Shown here: positions 37,518 through 47,652 of the stretch, piece by piece
Numbering within the stretch: position 1 is the stretch's first letter
How the letters are laid out: each line of letters opens with the position of its first letter
From: an uncultured bacterium
Lineage (GTDB): Bacteria > Krumholzibacteriota > Krumholzibacteriia > JACNKJ01
Direction of reading: 5' to 3'
DNA length: 64,000 nt
Assembly (NCBI GenBank): GCA_963695095.1
Contig: CAVOFT010000001.1
Coordinates: forward strand, 1,856,001 to 1,920,000
Made by a program: the position numbers and the translations under genes
The notes under the pieces: model-generated
What the model was told of the DNA's origin: nothing
Database searches by the model: none
What the model saw: only the letters and a program-made list of their open reading frames with translations

Positions 37518-38578
37518 ATGCGAAACTCACTCCTGGGCTGGATGCTCTTGCTCTGCACGGCCCTCGCGCTGGCGCCCGCAGCAGCGCAGGCGAAGTACAC
37601 CGCAGACTTCCTCACGAAGGGCACCGGGGCGCGCCCTCTGGCCATGGGCGGGGCCTTCGTCGCCGTCGGCGAGGACAACAATGTCCTCTTCTTCAATCCG
37701 GGCGCCCTGGCGGCCATGGACGGCAGCAGCCTCAGCCTGATGCATGCGGAGCGCTTCGGCGGCCTGGTCCAGGTGGACCACGTCGGCTTCCATCGCTCGC
37801 TGGACCTCTACGGGCGCCGGGCCAGCCTCGGTCTGTCGGTGCTGCGCCTGGGTGTGGACAACATCACCTTCACGGGCGATCATCCCTTCAACGATGGTGC
37901 AGGCGACGGCGAATTGAACGGGGAGTTCGACCATCCCGCAGGAACTGCCCGACGACCATCGACCCCAGCTACTTCCGCACCGTGAGCGACCAGGAGTGGG
38001 GGATCCTCGGCATCTACGCCACGCAGGCGCGCGGCTGGTCCGTGGGCGGCGGCGTCAAGGTCATCTACCAGTCGGTGGGTGAGTTCAACAGCTTCGGATT
38101 CGGCCTCGACGCCGGCGTGCTGAGTCCGCCGCTCGCGCACGGCCTGCGCGCGGGGCTCAAGGTGCAGGATCTCTCGGGCACCTACGTCGCCTGGAGCACG
38201 GGCGTCTCGGAGTTCGTGGCGCCCTCGCTGCGTCCGGGTCTGGCCTGGCGCCGCGCTCTCAGCGGCTTCAATGCCAGCGTGCTCATCGCCGCCGACGCGG
38301 AGCTTCGCTTCGAGGACTACGGCGATGCCGCCACCTGGAGCGGCGGCGGCTTCAGCGTGGATCCCCATCTGGGCGGCGAGCTCTGGCTGCTCGAGACCGT
38401 CGCCCTGCGGCTGGGGCTGGACGGAGAGTCCTGGGCGGCCGGGGGCGGCCTGCGCCTGGCCGGGCGGCAGGGCCTGCTTCCCTGGCGCTTCCTGGAAACC
38501 CTGGCCCTGGACTACGGCTTCGGCAGCCACCCCGATCTCGACGGCAGCCACCGACTGGGCCTGGACCTGCGCTTCTAG
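37518..38578 (+). CDS. PorV/UPF0164-like outer-membrane beta-barrel, frameshifted at ~37935-37950
   Basis: Signal peptide; GARPLAMGGAFVAV..FFNPGALA; second frame has GFGLDAG, LRPG, ALRLGL and terminal HRLGLDLRF. Confidence 0.75.
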
Positions 38579-38617
38579 CCGGCGCCCCGCGCGAGGCCGG
38601 GCCGGCAAGGGAGAGGG

Positions 38618-39787
38618 ATGGACAGCGTCCTCACGATGATCCTGGCCGGAGGCTCTCCGGACGCCCTCGGCGCTCTCGGGCGCGATCGCGCGAAGACGGC
38701 CGTCCCCTTCGGGGGCCGCTACCGGCTCATCGATTTTTCCCTGAGCAACTGCGTCAACTCCGGTCTGCGCTCCATCAACATCCTCACCCAGTACAACCCG
38801 CGCAGCCTGCGCCGCCACGTGCGGCTGGGCCGGCCCTGGGACCTGGACCGCAGCATCACGGGCGGCGTGCGGGTGCTCCTGCCCTACTCGGGCGCCAATC
38901 AGATGTCCTGGTACCGCGGCACCGCCGATGCGCTGCTCCAGAACCTGGACATCATCCAGCGCAGCGTCAGCCGCTACGTGCTCATCTTGAGCGGCGACCA
39001 CATCTACAAGATGGACTACCGCGAGCTCTTCCACCGGCACATCGTCACCGGCGCCACGATGACGGTGGGCACCCGCCTGCGCCGCCACGGCGACGAGCAT
39101 CGCTACGGCCTCCTCGACGTCGATCCGCGCGGCCAGGTGATCGGCTTCCGCGAAAAGCCGGGCGAATCCTACGGTACGGACGCCAGCATGGGCATCTACT
39201 GCTTCGAGAAGACCTATCTGATGGAGGCGCTGCGCCAAGCCGCCGAACGCGGCGGCACCGACCTCGTGCACGAAGTGGTGATTCCCACGGTGGGCAGCAC
39301 ATCGGTCGTCACCTATCGCTTCGACGGCTACTGGGAGGACGTGCCCGACCTGGAGGCCTACTACCGCGCCAACCTGCTGCTCGTCGACGCGGCGCCGCCG
39401 CTGATCCTGGACGATCCGGGCTGGCCGATCTACACGCACATGGAGAGCGAGAGCCCGACCTGGTTCGGGCCGCAGGCGCAGGTGGAGCGTGCGATCGTGG
39501 GGGCGGGCGGTCGCATCGACGGCCGCGTCCAGGACTCGGTGCTCTTCCCGCAGGTCTCCGTGGCGCCCGGCGCGGTCGTGGAAGGCGCCGTGCTCTTCTC
39601 GGGTTGCCGCGTGGAGGCGGGCGCGCGCATCCACCGGGCCATTCTCGACAAGGGCGTGCGCGTCGGCGCCGGGGCGCGCGTGGTGGGAGCGGAGCGCCTG
39701 CTCGTGCTGCCCAAGCGCAGCGAGGTCGGCGCCGGCGTGGATGCCGCTGCGCCCGGCGCAGTGCTCGTGCGCGGGAGCGAGCGATGA
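38618..39787 (+). CDS. ADP-glucose pyrophosphorylase family protein, GlgD-like copy
   Basis: RAKTAVPFGGRYRLIDFSLSNCVNSG; YRGTADA; SGDHIYKMDY; but GGSPDAL replaces GGxGxRL. Confidence 0.85.
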   Translation: MDSVLTMILAGGSPDALGALGRDRAKTAVPFGGRYRLIDFSLSNCVNSGLRSINILTQYNPRSLRRHVRLGRPWDLDRSITGGVRVLLPYSGANQMSWYRGTADALLQNLDIIQRSVSRYVLILSGDHIYKMDYRELFHRHIVTGATMTVGTRLRRHGDEHRYGLLDVDPRGQVIGFREKPGESYGTDASMGIYCFEKTYLMEALRQAAERGGTDLVHEVVIPTVGSTSVVTYRFDGYWEDVPDLEAYYRANLLLVDAAPPLILDDPGWPIYTHMESESPTWFGPQAQVERAIVGAGGRIDGRVQDSVLFPQVSVAPGAVVEGAVLFSGCRVEAGARIHRAILDKGVRVGAGARVVGAERLLVLPKRSEVGAGVDAAAPGAVLVRGSER

Positions 39788-41073
39788 AGCCGATGCGCCC
39801 CTACGGGCGCGTGGCAGTGCTCATCCTGGCTGGCGGCCGCGGCGAGCGCCTGGACCTGCTGACCACCCTGCGCGCGAAGCCGGCCGTGCCCTTCGGCGGC
39901 AACTTCCGCATCATCGATTTCGTGCTCTCCAACTGCTTCCACTCCGGGCTGACGGAGGTGTCGATCCTCACCCAGTACCTGCCGCGCAGCCTGGAGGACC
40001 ACGTGCGCTTCGGCCGCGACTGGGATCTCGATCGCATCAGCGGCGGCCTCCAGTACCTGCATCCCCACCGCGGCATCGAGCGCTCGAACTGGTACGGCGG
40101 CACGGCGAACGCGCTGTACGAGAACCTGAGCGTGCTGGAGGAGTCGCGGGCCGACCACTTCCTGATCCTGAGCGGCGACCACATCTACCGCATGGACTAC
40201 CGCGAACTGGTTGCCCAGCATGAGGCCTCCCTGACGCAAGCAACCGTGGCGGTGCGGCCCGTGGAGATGGCCCAGGCGCACCACTTCGGCATCTTCGAGA
40301 CCGACGGCGCCGAGCGCGTGATCGGCTTCGCCGAGAAGCCGGCCGCCCCGCGCAGCAATCTGGCGAGCATGGGCGTCTACGTCATCCGCCGGCACTTCCT
40401 GCTCGACACGCTGCGCCGGCGGGGCGCCAGCGAGCCGGCTCTGGACTTCGGTCGCGATCTGGTGCCGAGCTGGGTGGCGGCGGGCGATCTCGCCCTCTAC
40501 TCCTTCCCCGGCTACTGGCTGGACGTGGGCACGCTCGAAAGCTACGTGCAGGCGCACCGGGACCTGCTCGGCGCCGAACCGATCTTCCAGCTCGCGGATC
40601 CCGACTGGCCGGTGATCACCCATACGCCACCGCGCGCCCCCATGCAGATTGGCCATGGCGCGGGCCCGCTCGATGCGCTGATCAGCGAGGGCTGTCGCAT
40701 CGAAGGGCGTGTGGAGCGCAGCGTGCTCGGGCCCGGCGTGCACGTCGCAGCGGGCGCGCTGGTGCGCGATGCCATCATCATGGAGGACTGCCGCATCGGT
40801 CGGGATTGCCGCGTCGAGCGCTGCGTCGTCGACAAGCGAGCCGAGCTGGGCGAAGGCAGCCGCATCGGCGGCGAAGGCGCCGGCAACTGCAACGAGGAGC
40901 GGCCCGAAGTGCTGCGGACGGGCTTCAGCCTGCTCGCCAAGGACAGCCGCGTGCCGCCCGGCTGGGTGCTGGGCCGCAATGTGCGCTGGGCGCTGACCGG
41001 CGCCGAGGAACAGGCGCTGGCCCGCTTCCCGGACCGACAGGTGCCCGACGGCGCGAGCTGCCTGCTGCCCTAG
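39784..41073 (+). CDS. glgC: Glucose-1-phosphate adenylyltransferase
   Basis: LAGGRGERL..RAKPAVPFGG; SGDHIYRMDY; FAEKP; YWLDVGT; C-term hexapeptide repeats. Confidence 0.92.
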   Translation: MKPMRPYGRVAVLILAGGRGERLDLLTTLRAKPAVPFGGNFRIIDFVLSNCFHSGLTEVSILTQYLPRSLEDHVRFGRDWDLDRISGGLQYLHPHRGIERSNWYGGTANALYENLSVLEESRADHFLILSGDHIYRMDYRELVAQHEASLTQATVAVRPVEMAQAHHFGIFETDGAERVIGFAEKPAAPRSNLASMGVYVIRRHFLLDTLRRRGASEPALDFGRDLVPSWVAAGDLALYSFPGYWLDVGTLESYVQAHRDLLGAEPIFQLADPDWPVITHTPPRAPMQIGHGAGPLDALISEGCRIEGRVERSVLGPGVHVAAGALVRDAIIMEDCRIGRDCRVERCVVDKRAELGEGSRIGGEGAGNCNEERPEVLRTGFSLLAKDSRVPPGWVLGRNVRWALTGAEEQALARFPDRQVPDGASCLLP

Positions 41074-41113
41074 GCGCCGCCGGATCGCGGGCGGCCGGCC
41101 CGGCGTGCGCCGC

Positions 41114-43027
41114 CTAGCTGTCGGTGTAGAGCACCAGACGATCGCCCGGGTGCAGGACGCTGCGCGCGCTCAGCCTCTCGTTCCAGCCCAGGATGCGCTC
41201 GATCGTCGTTCCGTAGCGGCGGCTGATGCTCGAGAGCGTCTCGCCCCGACTCACCACATGGATGCGCCGCGCGGGCGGATCACTGGCTTTGGCCTGGGCG
41301 CTGCTCTTGCTGCCACTGCTGCCGGCGGCCAAGTACTGGAGCACCTGACCAGGATAGATGCGCGAGTTGCGACCGAGGTTGTTCCAGCGCTGGATCGAGC
41401 GCAGGGGGACGCCTAGGCGGCTGGCGATGGTCGAGAGGTTGTCGCCGCGGCGCACCGTGTAGAAGCTCTTGGCGTGGCCCTCCTCCGCTTGCAGGGGCGG
41501 CAGCACCTTGGCCGCTGCGGCAGCAACACCGTTGGGCGCGGGCTCCTGCCAGGCGCGATCCGGGTGGGTGGGGATGACGAGCGTCATCCCGGCGCGCAGA
41601 TTGCGCGGATTGCGGATGCCGTTGCGGTCGATGATCGCCTGCACGGTGGTGCCGTAGCCCTTGGCGATTTCAAAGAGCGTATCGCCTCTGCGCACCTTGT
41701 GCTTCGCGAAGCTGAGGCGCAGTTCCTCCGGTTCCTGGACGGCGAGCGCCGTGCGCAAGCCCTCGCCCCGGCCGGGCGGCACGTGCAGCGCGTAGCCCTG
41801 GCGATCGGGCGGGGTGCACCAGCGCAGAATGTGCGGGTTGAGCGCTTCCAGGTCGGCGCGCCGCAGGTTTCCCTTCTTGGCGATGACGGACAGATCGACG
41901 GCCTGCGGGATCTCCAGGTCCTCGTAGACGAAGGCCGGCTCGGGCTCGACCGTGAAGCCGTAGTCCTCCAGACGGCTGCCGATCCAGGCCGCCGCCATCA
42001 TCGTCGGCACGTAATCCTCGGTTTCGCGCGGCAGGTCGAGCTGCCAGTAGTCCCGGCTGCCGGCGCGGCGCACGGCACTCATCACGCGGAACTCGCCCGA
42101 GTTGTAGGCAGCCATGGCCAGGTTCCAGTCCTGGAAGATGCCGTAGAGATGGGACAGATACTGGCAGGCGGCCTCCGTCGAGCGCACCACATCGCGGCGC
42201 TCATCGACCCAGTAGTCCACGGTGAGGCCGTAGCGGCGCGCGGTGCCGCGAATGAACTGCCAGGGGCCCACGGCGCCGGCGCTGCTGACGGCCTTCACCT
42301 TGAACCCGCTCTCGATCATCGCCAGGTAGTAGAGCTCCGGCGGCAGTTCGTAGCGCGCCAAGCTGGCCTCGATGATCGGCCGGTAGGCCTCGCCGCGGTT
42401 GATCCAGTTCTGGTAGACCTCACGGCTGCGGCCGTTGAACTGCTCGATCCACTTGTCCACGCGCTCGTTCCGCTCGATGCGCAGAGGGCGGGCCGGGATA
42501 TCCGCCAGGCCGCCGTACCAGAGGGCGACCAGGGAGTCGTCCGCCACCGAGAGCGGGGCGGAGAAGTGCATCAAGGACTCCTCGTCGAAGATCTCCTGCA
42601 GGCGATCCAGACGGTTCTGCAAACTGGTCAGGTACAGGCTCGCCAGCCCACCCGTGGCCAGCTCGCTGTCGGCCTGAACCGTTGCCAGCTCGGCCACGGC
42701 CTGGTCGATGCGCTCCTGAGCCGTGAGCAGATTGCCCTGGGCGAGGAGATGCACGGCGTCGTCGTAGTAGCTCTGCAGGGCCTGCAGGGCGGGCTTGAAG
42801 GCCAGGGCCCGATCGCGGAGGGACCAGTCGGCCGGCTCCTCCAGGAGGTCGACGCTGTCGGCCGTCAGCGAGGGCATGCCCCCGCTCTCCGGCGCCGCTG
42901 TCGCCAGATTGCGTGCCGCTGTGCTCACCTCGGTGGCGGTGGCGGGCTCCTCTTGGTGGCTGGCGCAGGCGGGCAGGATGAGCAGAAGGGCAAGAAGCCC
43001 TGGCCAAAGGGCATGGCTGCGATTCAA
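41114..43027 (-). CDS. mltD: MltD-like lytic transglycosylase lipoprotein with LysM domains
   Basis: LAMIESGF..AVGPWQF..AAYNSGE..LPRETEDYV; three clear C-term LysM repeats; TTG 43027 after AGGAGG; lipobox LPAC. Confidence 0.9.
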   Translation of the reverse strand: MNRSHALWPGLLALLLILPACASHQEEPATATEVSTAARNLATAAPESGGMPSLTADSVDLLEEPADWSLRDRALAFKPALQALQSYYDDAVHLLAQGNLLTAQERIDQAVAELATVQADSELATGGLASLYLTSLQNRLDRLQEIFDEESLMHFSAPLSVADDSLVALWYGGLADIPARPLRIERNERVDKWIEQFNGRSREVYQNWINRGEAYRPIIEASLARYELPPELYYLAMIESGFKVKAVSSAGAVGPWQFIRGTARRYGLTVDYWVDERRDVVRSTEAACQYLSHLYGIFQDWNLAMAAYNSGEFRVMSAVRRAGSRDYWQLDLPRETEDYVPTMMAAAWIGSRLEDYGFTVEPEPAFVYEDLEIPQAVDLSVIAKKGNLRRADLEALNPHILRWCTPPDRQGYALHVPPGRGEGLRTALAVQEPEELRLSFAKHKVRRGDTLFEIAKGYGTTVQAIIDRNGIRNPRNLRAGMTLVIPTHPDRAWQEPAPNGVAAAAAKVLPPLQAEEGHAKSFYTVRRGDNLSTIASRLGVPLRSIQRWNNLGRNSRIYPGQVLQYLAAGSSGSKSSAQAKASDPPARRIHVVSRGETLSSISRRYGTTIERILGWNERLSARSVLHPGDRLVLYTDS

Positions 43028-43178
43028 GGGGACCTCCTGGCGTCCGTTATGCTGGGGCACGGGGTGGTGCCGGAGCCCCGATGCGCTTTCGAGCAAGGGA
43101 AGTGCCCGCCGGGCGGGGCAGTCTAGGATGAAGGGCGAGTTCCTGGCAATGGGGAATGACGAGCCGGAGGCACTTGTC

Positions 43179-43209
43179 TTGACCACCAGGGGGGACTTTA
43201 GTATATACT
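43179..43209 (+). promoter_or_regulatory. Candidate sigma70 promoter in AT-rich divergent intergenic region
   Basis: TTGACC-N17-TATATA, overlapped by the palindrome AGTATATACT (43200-43209). Confidence 0.45.
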
Positions 43210-43270
43210 TGAAGAACATCTACTAGGTGCTTGTGATCATAGAGCTTAAACGGGGTCTCCGGATCGCCTC

Positions 43271-44608
43271 ATGAACCGACACCAGCGGACCAGCCGTTAT
43301 TTCCTCGAGCATCTCCTGCCCCGCGACGCCCTTCTCGCGCCCGAGCGGGAGCGCTTGGAGCGGGTTCTGCGGGCGGGCGAGCCCCAGGCTGAGCGCGAAC
43401 TGGCGGCCGAACTTGCCGAGGCCCTGGCCGCCCGCGGCGTCTACCAGCGCGAGACCGGCGGCAAGCTCCGCCATGGACGCAGCGGGCAGAGCTATCGCCT
43501 GGGATTGCTCAGAGTTCCCGGTCCGCCCACAGCCGGCCCTTCCAGCGCCCCCGATTCGGCGTCCCCAGCCGCCCCGCCGGCGGGGCCGGCGCCGGCCGAG
43601 GCGCCCCTGGAGCGCTTGCGCGAGGTGCTGGCGGTGCTCCGCCTGCAGGGCCGACAGCCGAGCATTGCCAACGGCTTGGCGCGCTTGCTGGCGGCCCCGG
43701 GGCGCTGGTATCCGGGCGCCCGCTGCACGCTCTACCATTTCCAGCCCCTGGAGGACGGCGACGGGCTGCCGGAGCTGGTCGCCCTGGAGCCGGACACCCT
43801 GGCCGCAGGGCACCCCTACCGGCGCGCGCTTGAATGCGCAGGGCCGCTGGCGCTCGATCCCAATCGCGACGAACTCGGCTGGTACCCGCCCCGGAGCGCC
43901 GGAACCGGGCAGGAGCAGTGGTGGCTGCTCGCCCTGCGCCTGCCGAGCGAGGACGGTGGCGTGCCCTGGGGCCTGCTCGAACTGCAGCTATCGGCGCGGC
44001 CGCCCAGCGCCTCCCTGCCGGCGGAACTGGGCCTGCTCGGCGAGGCCCTTTCGGAACTGCTGCACAACCACCGCGTCCTGGCGGGCGTGGTCTACATCGA
44101 CGGCCTGACCCAGGTCTACAATCGCAGTTTCCTGGAACTGCAGCTGCCTCTGGAAATCGAGCGGGCCACGCGCAACGGCGAGCCCCTGGCCATGCTCGTG
44201 GTGGACCTGGACGACTTCAAGCAGATCAACGATCGCCACGGCCACGAGGCCGGCGATCGGGTGCTGCGCGACTTCGGCGCCGTTCTGCGGGAGACCCTGC
44301 GCCGCGTCGATCTCGTCTTCCGCTTCGGCGGCGAGGAGTTCGTCGTGTTGCTGCCGCGCCTGGACGAGGAAAGCGCCTTGCGGGCCGCCGAGCGCCTGCG
44401 CCTCGCCGTGGCCGAACACCTCTTCGCGGCCGTGGACGAGGCGCCCCCGCTCGTCGTCACCGCCAGCATCGGCGGCGCCCTCTATCCGCGCGACGCGGTG
44501 AGCGAGCGCGGCCTCTTCCGCGAAGCGGACGCCGCCTGCTATCGCTCCAAGCGCGAGGGCAAGAACCGCGTCTCCTTCGCGCTCTCGCCCAGCGATCCCG
44601 CGGCCTAG
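43271..44608 (+). CDS. Diguanylate cyclase (GAF-like plus GGDEF)
   Basis: DGLTQVYNR; DLDDFKQINDRHGHEAGD; I-site RRVD; RFGGEEF; KREGKNR. Confidence 0.93.
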   Translation: MNRHQRTSRYFLEHLLPRDALLAPERERLERVLRAGEPQAERELAAELAEALAARGVYQRETGGKLRHGRSGQSYRLGLLRVPGPPTAGPSSAPDSASPAAPPAGPAPAEAPLERLREVLAVLRLQGRQPSIANGLARLLAAPGRWYPGARCTLYHFQPLEDGDGLPELVALEPDTLAAGHPYRRALECAGPLALDPNRDELGWYPPRSAGTGQEQWWLLALRLPSEDGGVPWGLLELQLSARPPSASLPAELGLLGEALSELLHNHRVLAGVVYIDGLTQVYNRSFLELQLPLEIERATRNGEPLAMLVVDLDDFKQINDRHGHEAGDRVLRDFGAVLRETLRRVDLVFRFGGEEFVVLLPRLDEESALRAAERLRLAVAEHLFAAVDEAPPLVVTASIGGALYPRDAVSERGLFREADAACYRSKREGKNRVSFALSPSDPAA

Positions 44609-44665
44609 CTCCTTCCGCAACGCCCGACTCGGGAGGGCGCGCTGTTCTGGCCCCTGCTGCTGGGC

Positions 44666-46057
44666 ATGCTGGCCGGTCTGCCCTGGCGCCTGCCGGCGGC
44701 CCGCGCCCTCCTGCCCTGGTTCGCACCGCTGCTGCTGCTGCCCGCGGGCGCCCGTGGACGCGCGCGCCGCCTGCAGTGGCTCATGCGCGCCCTGGGCTTC
44801 GGCCTCGTCTTCCTGCGCCTGCCGGCGCTGCCGGCCCCGGGCGAGATCGTGGCTCTGGACGGCCACTGGGAAAGGACCCTCGGTCGCGAGGGGCCCTGCT
44901 TCAGCGGCCGGCTGCGGGAGCAGCCCTCGGCGCTGCTGCGCGGCCTGGGCGAGACCTTGCCGGCGCCGGGCGCGCGCCTCCGCGGCCGGGCCCTGGCGCT
45001 GCCGGCCGCCGGCGGCACGCGCGAACTGCGTCTGCTGAGCTGGCGGGCCGATCGCCAGGAGAGCGCGGCGACGCTGGCTTCTCGCCGCGCGGGCCCCGAT
45101 CGCCGGGCGCGCTGGGCGCGGCACTGGACGCGGCATTTCCCCCGCCGCGAAGCGCCGCTCGCGCGCGCCTTCCTGCTGGGAGCGCGGCGCGGCCTGCCCC
45201 GCTGGCTCAACGAGGCCTTCCGCAATGCGGGCATCGCGCACATCCTGGCCGTCAGCGGCCAGCACGTGGCCATCTTCCTGCTCTTGCTGCGCCTCGTCCT
45301 GGCCCCGGCGCTGGGTGCGCGCGGAGCCTTCCGGGCGGAGGCGCTGATGATCGCGCTGCTGCCGCTGCTGCTCCTCGTCTGGGGCGATGCGGCGCCGGTG
45401 ACGCGCGCCTTGCTCATGGCCGCCTATCTCCTCATCTGGCGTCGCCGCGGCGGACGGCCGCAGGGCCGGGAGGCGATGGGCCTGGCCGCGCTCTGCGAGT
45501 TCCTCCTGCGCCCTTCGGTTCTGCTCAGTCCCGGCTTTCTCCTCAGCTACCTGGCGACCTTCGCCCTGATGGCCGGCCTGCCGCGGGGCCCGCCGCCGCA
45601 GGCGCGGGGAGCGCGGCTGCGCTGGCAACTGCGCGCAGGGCTCGTCGCCAGCCTGCTCTGCAGCGCGGCCGTGCTGCCCGTGCTGCTGATCTGCTTCCAG
45701 CATCTGCCCCTGCTGGGGCCGCTCTGGAACCTCGCCGCGGGGATCCTCTGCGCGCCCGCCCTCGGCCTGGGCTGGCTGGCGCTGCCGCTCGCGCCCTTGC
45801 CTGGAGCCCAGTGGGGGGCGCTGCCCGCCGCCCTGGCGCTGCGCGCCCTGACCAGCGTGGCGGCCTGGGGCGGCGGACCGCTCGCCCTCGTGCTGCAGCC
45901 GGCGCCGCCGCCGGCCTGGACCTGGCTCGCCTGGAGTCTCGGCTTCCATCGACTGGCGGCGGGCAAGCTGGGGCGACTGGGCGCGCTGCTGCTCGCGACC
46001 CCCGTGCTCGCGCTGCTCGCGGGTCTATGCCTTGACACCCTGCAGGGGCCCAACTAG
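44666..46057 (+). CDS. comEC: ComEC/Rec2-family membrane protein without a metallo-beta-lactamase domain
   Basis: FRNAGIAHILAVSGQHVAI; SPGFLLSYLAT; many TM helices; start may lie further upstream. Confidence 0.8.
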   Translation: MLAGLPWRLPAARALLPWFAPLLLLPAGARGRARRLQWLMRALGFGLVFLRLPALPAPGEIVALDGHWERTLGREGPCFSGRLREQPSALLRGLGETLPAPGARLRGRALALPAAGGTRELRLLSWRADRQESAATLASRRAGPDRRARWARHWTRHFPRREAPLARAFLLGARRGLPRWLNEAFRNAGIAHILAVSGQHVAIFLLLLRLVLAPALGARGAFRAEALMIALLPLLLLVWGDAAPVTRALLMAAYLLIWRRRGGRPQGREAMGLAALCEFLLRPSVLLSPGFLLSYLATFALMAGLPRGPPPQARGARLRWQLRAGLVASLLCSAAVLPVLLICFQHLPLLGPLWNLAAGILCAPALGLGWLALPLAPLPGAQWGALPAALALRALTSVAAWGGGPLALVLQPAPPPAWTWLAWSLGFHRLAAGKLGRLGALLLATPVLALLAGLCLDTLQGPN

Positions 46058-46135
46058 GATGCGGCCTCGTCCCTGGGATGGCCGCTCGCGGCGCTCCCGG
46101 CTCCCCAGTCACCGCCCTCTCGCCACAGGTCAGGG

Positions 46136-46765
46136 ATGACCCGTATCGCCGTCCTCGCGTCCGGTCGCGGCTCCAATTTCGAGGCCCTGGCCACGGCCGC
46201 GGCGGCTGGGCGGCTGCCGGCGCGCCTGGTGCTCTTGCTCAGCGATCGCGAGGAGGCCGGGGCGCTGGCCATCGCCGGCAGGCTGGACATCCCGCATCAG
46301 GTGATCCGGCCGCCCAAGGCGCGGGGTCGACTGGATGCGGCGAGCGAGGCCCGCTTCCTCGCCGCCTGCCAGGCCGCCGGCGCCGACTGGATCTGCCTGG
46401 CCGGCTTCATGCGCATCCTCGGTCCCGGCTTCCTCGCCGCCTACCGCGACCGGGTGCTGAACATCCATCCCTCGCTGCTGCCCGCCTTTCCCGGCCTGGA
46501 CGCGCAGGGACAGGCCTGGGCCTACGGCGTGCGCGTGAGCGGCTGCAGCGTGCATCTCGTGGACGAGGGCGTCGACACGGGACCGCTGGTCATGCAGCGC
46601 GCGGTCCCCGTGCGGGCGGGCGACAGCGCGGCGCGCCTGGCCGCGCGCATACTCGTCGAGGAGCACCGGCTCTACCCGGAGGCCCTCGCCCGCCTGCTCA
46701 AGGAACCCTGGCGGCGCGAGGGGCGCCGTCTCATCTTCGCCACGGACGAAGAGGGAGAGACATGA
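46136..46765 (+). CDS. purN: Phosphoribosylglycinamide formyltransferase
   Basis: LASGRGSNF; LAGFMRIL; NIHPSLLPAFPG; VDTGP; EHRLYP. Confidence 0.97.
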   Translation: MTRIAVLASGRGSNFEALATAAAAGRLPARLVLLLSDREEAGALAIAGRLDIPHQVIRPPKARGRLDAASEARFLAACQAAGADWICLAGFMRILGPGFLAAYRDRVLNIHPSLLPAFPGLDAQGQAWAYGVRVSGCSVHLVDEGVDTGPLVMQRAVPVRAGDSAARLAARILVEEHRLYPEALARLLKEPWRREGRRLIFATDEEGET

Positions 46766-47652
46766 AAGCGCTCGTCGATTCCAGCGATCTGGGCCTGGCG
46801 CCCAGCTATCGCGGCAAGGTGAGGGATCTCTTCGACCTGGGCGATCGGCTGCTCATCGTGGCCACGGATCGCATCAGCGCCTACGACGTGGTCATGGCCG
46901 AGCCCGTGGCCGGCAAGGGCGCGCTGCTCACGGGGATCTCGGTGGCCTGGTTTCGCCGCCTCGAGGCCGCGGGGCTGGTGCGCCATCATCTGATCAGCGC
47001 CGACTGGCGGGACTTTCCCGCGCCCTATCGCCGCGAGGAACTGGCCGGCCGCAGCATGCTGGTGCACAAGACCGAGCGCTTCGACCTCGAATGCGTCGTG
47101 CGCGGCTATCTCGTGGGCAGCGGCTGGCAGGACTACCGGGCCACGGGGGCGGTCTGCGGCATCGCGTTGCCGGCGGGTCTCGGCGAGGCCGCGCGCCTGG
47201 AGCCGCCCATCTTCACGCCGGCGACCAAGGCCGAGAGCGGCCACGATCTCAACGTGGGGCCCACCGAGGCGGCGGCGATCGTGGGGGAGGCCTGGCTGGC
47301 GCGCCTGCGCGAGACCAGCCTGGCGCTCTACAAGTTCGCGGCCGACTTCGCCGCTGCGCGCGGCATCCTGATCGCCGATACCAAGCTCGAATTCGGCCGC
47401 CTCGGCGACGAGCTGGTGCTCATCGACGAGGTCTTCACGCCCGACAGCTCGCGCTACTGGGAGCGAAGCGCCTGGGCGCCGGGCGCCACCCCCGATTCCT
47501 ACGACAAGCAGATCCTGAGAAGGTACCTGGATGCCCAGGGCTGGGGCCGCAGCGGGACGCCGCCCAGCCTGCCGCCGGAGCTGCTCGCGCGCATCGCCGC
47601 CCGCTACGCGGAGATCCACCGCATCCTCTTCGGCGCGGAGGCGGCCGCGTGA
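46762..47652 (+). CDS. purC: SAICAR synthase
   Basis: GKVRDLF; ATDRISAYD; ECVVRGYL; IADTKLEFG; DEVFTPDSSRYW. Confidence 0.97.
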   Translation: MKALVDSSDLGLAPSYRGKVRDLFDLGDRLLIVATDRISAYDVVMAEPVAGKGALLTGISVAWFRRLEAAGLVRHHLISADWRDFPAPYRREELAGRSMLVHKTERFDLECVVRGYLVGSGWQDYRATGAVCGIALPAGLGEAARLEPPIFTPATKAESGHDLNVGPTEAAAIVGEAWLARLRETSLALYKFAADFAAARGILIADTKLEFGRLGDELVLIDEVFTPDSSRYWERSAWAPGATPDSYDKQILRRYLDAQGWGRSGTPPSLPPELLARIAARYAEIHRILFGAEAAA

